Notes under the pieces: generated by a model | Databases searched by the model: none | The model's input: the letters and a program-made list of their open reading frames with translations, nothing else | What the model was told of the DNA's origin: nothing | Part shown: positions 31,056 through 39,084 of the stretch, piece after piece | How positions within the stretch are numbered: position 1 is the first letter of the stretch | How the letters are laid out: each line of letters opens with the position of its first letter | Translations under genes and position numbers: made by a program | Assembly: GCA_050950765.1 (NCBI GenBank) | Contig: JBMNIF010000003.1 | Span: forward strand, 384,001 to 448,000 | Direction: 5' to 3' | Length of the DNA stretch: 64,000 nt | Source: Bdellovibrionota bacterium | Lineage (GTDB): Bacteria; Bdellovibrionota_C; UBA2361; JAAYZI01

Positions 31056-32285
31056 CTACCCGACAGCTTCTATGGTTACTGAAGAATCCATATTGAGGCA
31101 CTCTGTTTTTAGTAGTGATGTTGCCTGCATCGCCCCCTGTCTCAAGGTACTAATAACTTGCTGTTGTCGCAACAGCAGCGCGCGACGATCTGCCCAAGCG
31201 GAGACGATCTGCTCCGACAAGTTCTTCTCACTTAATGTTGCAAGCTCAAGTCCTAAATGCTCACAATTTAATAACTTCATATATCCGCGCACTTTTGGCG
31301 CATAAATAAGTCCGATTATAGGGACATCCACCGCTGATGCTAAAATTAATGAATGAAAACGCATCCCCACAAACAAACGGCACTCCCGCATCGCCGCCTG
31401 AATATCGTGACTAAGAGAATTGGTATTATCTACAAGAGGTGCATCCGTTAACTCAGAAAGTCTTTTTGAAACACCTTCATCCATCGGCTGAGTGCAAAAG
31501 ATAATCGGCTGCACAACCTCTCCAGATTCTTTCTCAATAGTCTTCTTAGCAGTATTTACGCCATCAGCAATTATCTTAATCAGATCACTACCACTCGCCA
31601 TGCGCTCTTTTTTTGTCAACCACGTATCCAGATACGCCGTAACATTTACCCCAAGCAAAGCTGCACTGTCATAATTAGCGCCCACTTTCCGTAACAACTC
31701 ACACCCTCGTTCTCTAGAAGAAACAGGATTGATAAAAGCAGAATCTCCCGTCAGGCTGATCGGACGCGTCACACCGATCTCTTCAGCAAGGTGTTTACTA
31801 TCCTTTTCTCGCATCGTTACTAAATCACAGCTGTTTATAACATAGCGCGCCATCCACCTACTTAAACGCGAAGGGAATGGTCCAATTCCACAATTAAAAC
31901 AGGCAACTTTACACTTTAAAAGCTTCGCCAATGGCACTAAAAAGAATAGCGTGATTAGATAATTAAAAGCAGGATTGAGTAGTTTTTTCCCAAAAATAAT
32001 CCCATCACAAATTAACGCCACATCACTCTTTGCTAAACACAACAAGGTCGGCAACCCTAACAGGCGCACACTTAACGTCCACGGCATTACATTTACAGGA
32101 TGGACTCGATACTTACTCCCGTAATGTTTCTCTATCCATTGCGGTGCAATAGTTGGAACGTAGAATTCGACGTTAGGAATCTCATTTGAGAGATGCTCCA
32201 TAATACTAGATAAAATGGCAGCATCTCCCAAGTTGCGACCGGAATTATTGCCTAACAGGGTAACCCGCGGAATTTTGTTTTTCAT
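31056..32285 (-). CDS. Polysaccharide pyruvyl transferase family protein (CsaB/WcaK-like)
   Basis: NLGDAAI, GIGP, MREKDS, GMRFHSLILA, YAPKV. Confidence 0.9.
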   Translation of the reverse strand: MKNKIPRVTLLGNNSGRNLGDAAILSSIMEHLSNEIPNVEFYVPTIAPQWIEKHYGSKYRVHPVNVMPWTLSVRLLGLPTLLCLAKSDVALICDGIIFGKKLLNPAFNYLITLFFLVPLAKLLKCKVACFNCGIGPFPSRLSRWMARYVINSCDLVTMREKDSKHLAEEIGVTRPISLTGDSAFINPVSSRERGCELLRKVGANYDSAALLGVNVTAYLDTWLTKKERMASGSDLIKIIADGVNTAKKTIEKESGEVVQPIIFCTQPMDEGVSKRLSELTDAPLVDNTNSLSHDIQAAMRECRLFVGMRFHSLILASAVDVPIIGLIYAPKVRGYMKLLNCEHLGLELATLSEKNLSEQIVSAWADRRALLLRQQQVISTLRQGAMQATSLLKTECLNMDSSVTIEAVG

Positions 32286-32665
32286 TTCGAAGTTGTAAAA
32301 GATTGATATTCAGCAGCATCCATCAATGAATCAAGATCCGTCACCTTAAAATCTACAATTTTAATAATCCACCCCGCTTGATACGGATCGGTGTTAAGTA
32401 GTGAAGGATCGTCAGATAAGAGAGTATTAACCTCTTTGATCTTACCGGAAACAGGGGCGTACACATCAGAAGCTGCCTTCGTTGATTCAGCAACGCAAAA
32501 ACTATTATTCTGCTCCACCTCCATCCCCTCTGTCGGTAATTCGACAAAGACGACATCACCTAACTCAGATTGTGCAAAATCAGTAATTCCGATAGTGGCA
32601 ACATCACCTTCAACACGAATCCACTGATGCTCTTTAGTATATTTTAAATCTTCAGGGTAATTCAT
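32282..32665 (-). CDS. gcvH: Glycine cleavage H protein
   Basis: YTKEHQW, GITDFAQSELGD, lipoyl site ESTKAAS. Confidence 0.96.
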   Translation of the reverse strand: MNYPEDLKYTKEHQWIRVEGDVATIGITDFAQSELGDVVFVELPTEGMEVEQNNSFCVAESTKAASDVYAPVSGKIKEVNTLLSDDPSLLNTDPYQAGWIIKIVDFKVTDLDSLMDAAEYQSFTTSK

Positions 32666-32742
32666 TTCGTATTTTCTCCTTAGAAAAAATGATTCATATC
32701 ACAACGATCCGAAAAGATACAGTGATTGAGTCTTAATAAGTC

Positions 32743-33651
32743 CTAACAAGAACTCGGCGAAAGTAAAGATCTCTTATAAGCGTCAAAAGTATTCGCCATC
32801 AGCATGGCAACGGTCATCGGACCTACTCCACCAGGTACGGGCGTAATAGCACGACACAACTCTTTAACTCCTTCAAAATCAACATCCCCAACTAATTTAC
32901 CATCAGAGAGTCTGTTGATACCAACATCTATCACAATAGATCCTTTAGAAACCCACTCCTTAGTAACCATCTGCGGCACCCCCACTGCCGCTACAATTAT
33001 ATCAGCCTCACGACAGATCTTAGCACCCTCTTTTGTTCGTGAATGCACCACCGTTACTGTGGCGTTTCGCTCCAACAGAAGCATTGAAACAGGTTTTCCA
33101 ACTAAGATCGATCTTCCGATCACAACCGCTTTTAAACCACTTAGATCAGCAGCAGGAGCATCTTCTTCACAACCATCATCTTGATAAGCGAGATCGAGTA
33201 ATTTCATAATCCCGAGCGGAGTGCACGGTCTAATCCCCGCTAGCCCCCGCATCAAAAGCCCTTGATTAACGGGATGTAATCCATCGACATCTTTTTCAGG
33301 AGAGATTAAGTTAAGTAACGACGTGCTATCCAGATGCTTCGGGAGTGGAAGCTGCATCAAGATACCATCCACTTCCGGATTATTATTAAACTGAGAGATG
33401 GCTGCTGCCACCTCTTCTTGCGTAGCATCTTCTGCTAAAATAGCATTAAATGTTTTAAAACCGCATTTTTTAGTGGCTGTTTTTTCTTTATTTGCAACGT
33501 AAGTTTTTGAAGCAGGATTTTCACCAACTAAGACAACAGCCAAACCTGGTTGCCGCTTTCCTTGCTGCACGTAGTGATCAACTTCAGTATGTAGTTTTTT
33601 ATGAATACGGCTGGCTAGCGCCTTACCATCTAAAATTTTGCATAAACTCAT
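32743..33651 (-). CDS. folD: Methylenetetrahydrofolate dehydrogenase/cyclohydrolase
   Basis: QLPLP, KDVDG, PCTP, GRSILVGKP, PVPGGVGPMT. Confidence 0.97.
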   Translation of the reverse strand: MSLCKILDGKALASRIHKKLHTEVDHYVQQGKRQPGLAVVLVGENPASKTYVANKEKTATKKCGFKTFNAILAEDATQEEVAAAISQFNNNPEVDGILMQLPLPKHLDSTSLLNLISPEKDVDGLHPVNQGLLMRGLAGIRPCTPLGIMKLLDLAYQDDGCEEDAPAADLSGLKAVVIGRSILVGKPVSMLLLERNATVTVVHSRTKEGAKICREADIIVAAVGVPQMVTKEWVSKGSIVIDVGINRLSDGKLVGDVDFEGVKELCRAITPVPGGVGPMTVAMLMANTFDAYKRSLLSPSSC

Positions 33652-33901
33652 AATAAAGTTTCCTCCTAAGTTTTACCGATCTCAACTTACCTGCACCTCA
33701 TTAATAAAAAGAGAAGAAGATAATCGACTACTCCTTTTTTTGCAAAGAGAAGAGGTGCTATCTTACTTAAAGATTAATTATTTTACAGCTATCTCAAGCT
33801 CAAGCCCCCACTTTGTAGGTATTTCTCTTTTCTTCTTAATTAGTTAGAGTAGTAAATATTGTAAAACAGATTACTTTTAAACCATCTTGGATACATTAGC
33901 T

Positions 33902-36900
33902 ATGTTTATAAAAAAAATATTTTTCTCCCTATCTCTAATATTTTCATTTTTATACATTTCCAGTGCATTAGCCCTTACTGACGAGATCCCACAACTAGAT
34001 AAAGCAGCAGTCCTACGCTCTGCTGCTGAAATTACCACAGAAAATTATCCTGATGCTGATGACGTTCTGATTGATGACTACACTAGGGTTAAGTACAACG
34101 CTGATGGCACATCCCTTGAACTTTGCGACAGCTACCAGAAAATTCTTACTGAAAAAGGCAAGCGTGACAACAGTGAGATAACTATGCACTTTACAATTCC
34201 ATACGATAAAGTTGCGGTGTTACTCCTTGAAATAATCAAGCCTGATGGCACAACCATTCCCGTAGACATAGCAGCTCAAAGTAAAGAGATGATTAGCTCA
34301 GGACAGATGAACTCAAACATCTATAATCCTAATGACAAAGAGCTAAGAGTCGGAATTCCAAACTTACAGATTAACGATATTGTTCACACCATCACACGTT
34401 CTGAAACCGTCAAACCCATTGTCCCAAATACTTGGAGCGATATAGTAATCTTTGAATACACCTCCCCTATTAAACACCATACTTATGAAGTTATTGCACC
34501 ACACGAACGTCCGCTAAAAAAGATCGCCCTGCGAGATGAAGTAAAAGGGAGTGTCAAAGCTTCAAAAACACAATTAAAAGACGGCATCTCCTACAAGTGG
34601 GAAGTTTTTAACGTTCCGCAGATATTTCCAGAACCTAACATGCCTGCGCTATTCTCCGTTGTTCAACGTCTTATCGTCAGCACAATAGAAGATTGGGAAG
34701 AGATCTCAAAGTGGTACTGGAATATCAGCGAACCGCATCTTGCTGCTACTACTCCAGAGATGCGTCAAAAGGTAGATGAGATCACTAAAGGCATTAATGA
34801 TCCGAGAGAAAAACTTGAAGCGATCTTTCGTTGGGTCTCTCAAGAGATCCGTTACATGGGAATCACCATTGAAGATGATGCACCAGGCTTTGAACCTCAC
34901 GATGTTAAGCTCACCTTTGAACAACGTCACGGAGTGTGTAGAGATAAAGCAGCTTTATTAGTAGCAATGCTACGCATGGCAGGTTTGGATGCTTACCCCG
35001 TGATTATCTATGTGGGTCCTAAACGTGATCCAGAAGTACCGATGGCACGTTTTAATCACGCCGTAGTTGCTGCTGAACTACCACTCCCAAACTCTAAAGA
35101 AAAAGAAACGATCCTAATGGATCCCACAAATGAAAGCACAAAAGACCTTTTCCCAGCGTATCTAAATGATCGCAGCTACATAATTGCGAAAAGCGCAGGA
35201 GAAACTTTACGCGTTTCGCCTATTACACCGGCAGAAGAAAATGCTGTATCCATTACAACAAAAGCAGCTATTGATGATAACGGACTCTTAAATGCAACAA
35301 CTACCATCGCCTTCAACGGCATTAACGATTCTGCTTATAGAGGATTCTTAGCACGCACCACTTCTGATGAAAGGAAGCGTTTCTTTGAAGCTTTAATAGG
35401 AGCAGTTGCTCCGGAAGCTACCCTCACATCTGTTGAGTTAACACCAAAAAATTTACTAGACACAACGCTCCCCCTCTCTGCTAAGTTAGCATTTAAAACA
35501 GACGATAATATGTTGATACAAGAAAACGGCGTCACCATGTTCGTCCCTCCGTATTTTGGAACTCGTCTCGGTCTAGTTAATTTCGCACTTGGCAAAACAG
35601 GATTGGAGAAACGAAGATACCCTCTCAATATTGATTTTGCTTGTGGAGTTGAAGAAGAGATCGATATCGAACTTGCACCGTCTTTAGGCGCAATAAAAGC
35701 GCTACCTGATGTTACAACCATAAGTAACGATGGAGTTTCTTGGAACGGACAAGCTCTCAAAACAGAAAGCGGCTTAAATATTAAAAGGCAGTTTTACTTA
35801 AAAGTAGTGGAGTTTACTCCGCAACAATATCAGACACTAAAAAACGACCTTAAGGTAATTGAATATGACAAGAGGAAACGTCCGATACTTGAGCAAGGAG
35901 ACGGATCCGACAGAAACGCCGATCTTATTTTACTCGATCGTACAGTTAAGTTTTTTCTAAATGACAGCCACACTTGGAGAGAGGAGCATTACTACAAGAA
36001 GAAGATCTTAACCTATAACGGTAAAAAGGATGCTGCTGAAGTAAAGATAACTTACAACTCAGCTCTGGAAGATGTTAAAGTATTAGAAGCGAAAGTAACA
36101 AATGGCACAGTAACTAAAGAGATCTCTCCTAATGAAATAAATCTTATGGATGCTGCATGGGTAGCTTCTGCGCCACGTTATCCTGCTACAAAAACGTTAG
36201 TTTTAAGTTTACCGAGTGTGGAGATCGGTAGTATCGTTGAATACAAGATCGCTATCGAGAAGAAAGATAGCCCCTTTTTCTCAACACTTCAGATCTTTAG
36301 AGATTTTAACCCACTAAAACGTAAGACCGTTACTATTGATGCACCTAAGGATCTAGCACTCACAATTAAAACAGACGATAACGGTACAGCAATACCGGAT
36401 AACACCGATCATTCGATATTCGATATTACCGACACGACGAAAGGAGATCGCCGCATCCGTACTTGGACGGTTTCAGATCAAAAGCCGCTAACAAAAGAGG
36501 ATAACTTACCGCCTGCCTTTGCCATGACAGCTATGCTGCACGTCACTTCAGGAGATTGGCAGATCTTTTCAAAAAGCATCTATGATAAATTAAAAGAAGC
36601 TGCTGAAAAGCAACCGCAAACAGCTCTCTTAGCTCAACAGATCACGGGAAAAGCTGCAAACAGAGATGAGAAGATAATTGCCATCAGAGATTTTGTTGCA
36701 AAAAATATCCGTCGTGTTGGCCCCACTATCAATATGCTTCCACTAAGCGCCATCACCGCCTCTGATCAAACTATAAAAGACGGATATGGTAATAACAGTG
36801 ACCGAGCTGTTGTGCAGTATGCTCTTTTAAAAGAAGCAGGTTTAAACCCTGAGTATTTATTAGTTGATTCGAGTAGATTAGCGCCTGAATTACTAGAGTT

Positions 36901-37729
36901 CAGAAAGAACGCCTCAGACCTTGATACATTTGATCTGGTACTGGTAAAAGTTCAAGGAGATTCTGAAGAGATAATTCTTAATGACACCAATCAATACGCT
37001 CATCTCGGGACAACCCCTTCCGAGGGACGCTTATCATTAACAGAGAGAGCCGATCTGGAGCTACTCTCAATTCCGCAAAATCTACAAAACTGTGTACACG
37101 TTAATTACGACTTAACCATTGAAAAAGATGGCACTGCCCTTTTAACTTGGACAAAAGAGAGTTTCGGCACTGCCTATGCTTCTGGGAAAAAGTTTTTTTC
37201 AGAGATGACTCCGGAGGAGAGGACACGTTATCAGCAGGAGCAGGTGGCAGCAATTTCACAAAGTGCTATTTTAACAAAAAGTTTAGCGGCAAACTTTAAT
37301 GTTTATCCGAGTAGAGAGACTTTCAGTGTAAAGGTACCTCACTTTGCCGTACAGACCGGAGATTATCTATATTTTAATCTGCCGCGCACCGTTCAAAGGT
37401 TATTTAACGTCCATCAAAAGACACGGGAAAATCCTTTGGCATTTTCTTCCATTACACGTTTAAAGATCGATACAACAGTTACTCTTCCCAAAGAGTTCTC
37501 AAACATAGCTCTTCTGCCGCAACCACAAGAGTGGCACCTTCCGAATGATAGCGGAAAAATTATTTTAAAGGTTGATCTTTCAAAAGCCGACGCTCAAAAG
37601 AAGATACGATTCTCTCAGAGAGTAGACCTAAAACCACTACTACTTGAAGCAGCGGATTATCACCGTGTCTTTGATATCGATAAGACTCTGGCACTACCAG
37701 CAAGTAGAATCGTTTTATTAAAAAAATAA
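33902..37729 (+). CDS. Exported protein with two DUF3857 plus transglutaminase-like modules
   Basis: Signal peptide; module 1 GVCRDKA/FNHAV/MDPT; module 2 GNNSDRA; ATG at 33902. Confidence 0.85.
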   Translation: MFIKKIFFSLSLIFSFLYISSALALTDEIPQLDKAAVLRSAAEITTENYPDADDVLIDDYTRVKYNADGTSLELCDSYQKILTEKGKRDNSEITMHFTIPYDKVAVLLLEIIKPDGTTIPVDIAAQSKEMISSGQMNSNIYNPNDKELRVGIPNLQINDIVHTITRSETVKPIVPNTWSDIVIFEYTSPIKHHTYEVIAPHERPLKKIALRDEVKGSVKASKTQLKDGISYKWEVFNVPQIFPEPNMPALFSVVQRLIVSTIEDWEEISKWYWNISEPHLAATTPEMRQKVDEITKGINDPREKLEAIFRWVSQEIRYMGITIEDDAPGFEPHDVKLTFEQRHGVCRDKAALLVAMLRMAGLDAYPVIIYVGPKRDPEVPMARFNHAVVAAELPLPNSKEKETILMDPTNESTKDLFPAYLNDRSYIIAKSAGETLRVSPITPAEENAVSITTKAAIDDNGLLNATTTIAFNGINDSAYRGFLARTTSDERKRFFEALIGAVAPEATLTSVELTPKNLLDTTLPLSAKLAFKTDDNMLIQENGVTMFVPPYFGTRLGLVNFALGKTGLEKRRYPLNIDFACGVEEEIDIELAPSLGAIKALPDVTTISNDGVSWNGQALKTESGLNIKRQFYLKVVEFTPQQYQTLKNDLKVIEYDKRKRPILEQGDGSDRNADLILLDRTVKFFLNDSHTWREEHYYKKKILTYNGKKDAAEVKITYNSALEDVKVLEAKVTNGTVTKEISPNEINLMDAAWVASAPRYPATKTLVLSLPSVEIGSIVEYKIAIEKKDSPFFSTLQIFRDFNPLKRKTVTIDAPKDLALTIKTDDNGTAIPDNTDHSIFDITDTTKGDRRIRTWTVSDQKPLTKEDNLPPAFAMTAMLHVTSGDWQIFSKSIYDKLKEAAEKQPQTALLAQQITGKAANRDEKIIAIRDFVAKNIRRVGPTINMLPLSAITASDQTIKDGYGNNSDRAVVQYALLKEAGLNPEYLLVDSSRLAPELLEFRKNASDLDTFDLVLVKVQGDSEEIILNDTNQYAHLGTTPSEGRLSLTERADLELLSIPQNLQNCVHVNYDLTIEKDGTALLTWTKESFGTAYASGKKFFSEMTPEERTRYQQEQVAAISQSAILTKSLAANFNVYPSRETFSVKVPHFAVQTGDYLYFNLPRTVQRLFNVHQKTRENPLAFSSITRLKIDTTVTLPKEFSNIALLPQPQEWHLPNDSGKIILKVDLSKADAQKKIRFSQRVDLKPLLLEAADYHRVFDIDKTLALPASRIVLLKK

Positions 37730-37737
37730 GCCGGTCT

Positions 37738-39078
37738 GAATTTGACCACCCTTCAGAGACGGCAGGACGGGCTGCAACTTGCAGAGCGAATCGGTTAGAT
37801 CTCTACGAAGGTTAAAAATTTGGTGCCACCCACCAGTGCTAAAAGCCTTTAAAATTACAATAGTTAATAATATCAATATATTAGCAAAAGCTTAAAATCT
37901 GGCAGTTTTGGTGCCACCCTTCTTTTTTGCCGCTTTGACGGCTTGGGCGACTGGATAAATTTGGTGCCACCCACCACTTTAAAGAGATCTGGCTGGGCTT
38001 GGAACTGGTGCCACCCTTCAGGGACGCCCTACAGGACGCTTGAACGGGCTGCAACTTGCAGAGCAAAGTCGGCTAGATCTTATGGGGGTTAAAAATTTGG
38101 TGCCACCCACCAGTGCTAAAAGCCTTTAAAATTACAATAGTTAATAATATCAATATATTAGCAAAAGCTTAAAATCTGGCAGTTTTGGTGCCACCCACCA
38201 CTTTAAAGATGCTTAGTTTTGGTGCCACCCACCAGTAACAGCACCACCCTTCTATGGGGGTAAAAATTTGGTGCCACCCACCAGTGCTAAAAGCCTTTAA
38301 AATTACAACAGTTAATAATATCAATATATTAGCAAAAGCTTAAAATCTGGCAGTTTTGGTGCCACCCTTCTTTTTTGCCGCTTTGACGGCTTGGGAGGTC
38401 AAAATTTGGTGCCACCCACCAGTAAAAGTGGGTGTCCTAATTGGCGGCTAATAATATCAGTATGTTAGCAAAAGTTAGAATTTGAACTGCAAATCGAATC
38501 GGCTAGATCTGGACGGGGGTTAAAAAACTGGTGCCACCCACCAGTTAAAAGTGGGTGTCCTAATTGGCGGCTAATAATATCAGGATGTTAGTAAAAGCTT
38601 AGGTCTTGGCAGTTTTGGCAGCATTTTGGTGCCACCCTTCAAGGACAACCGAACGGGCTGCAACTGCGGGGCGAAGTCGGCTAGTCTACGGAGGTTAAAA
38701 ATTTGGTGCCACCCACCAGTGCAGAATCTTGGAGGTTAAAAATTTGGTGCCACCCACCAGTGCAGAATCTTGGCTTAAAAGGATGAAGTCTTTAAAATCA
38801 ATATGTTAGCACCTAACTAAAGATGCTTAGTTTTGGTGCCACCCTTCTATGACAATTGAACGGGGTGATACTGCAAAACGAACTGGCTAGATTTCTACGG
38901 AGGTAAAAGGTGGGTGTCCTAATTGGAAGCTAAGGACGATCGAGCGAGCTGATACTAAAAAACGAGTTAGCTAGATCTAGACGGAGGTCAAAAAATTTGG
39001 TGCCACCCTTTAGGGACGACTGAACGGGCTGATACTGCAAAGCGGGATCAGCTAGGTCTCTACGGAGGTCAAAAATTT
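37738..39078 (+). repeat. Mosaic repeat field 3 between convergent genes
   Basis: About 16 exact cores; three copies of an 88-bp IHF module (37822, 38099, 38270); modules shared with fields 1 and 2. Confidence 0.92.
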
Positions 39079-39084
39079 GAAAGG

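Noticed and set aside
32666..33900. Glycine, THF or ZTP riboswitch near gcvH/folD
   Set aside because: I could not recognise the conserved aptamer features in either intergenic gap; an Rfam scan would settle it.
13159..39008. Core as Chi, KOPS or DNA-uptake sequence
   Set aside because: Such motifs are dispersed through genes. This one is confined to intergenic clusters, does not match GCTGGTGG or GGGNAGGG, and one field is inverted.
37738..39078. Repeat fields as integron cassettes or a shufflon
   Set aside because: No attC-like structure, no cassette ORFs, no integrase or invertase, and cores are in direct rather than inverted orientation.
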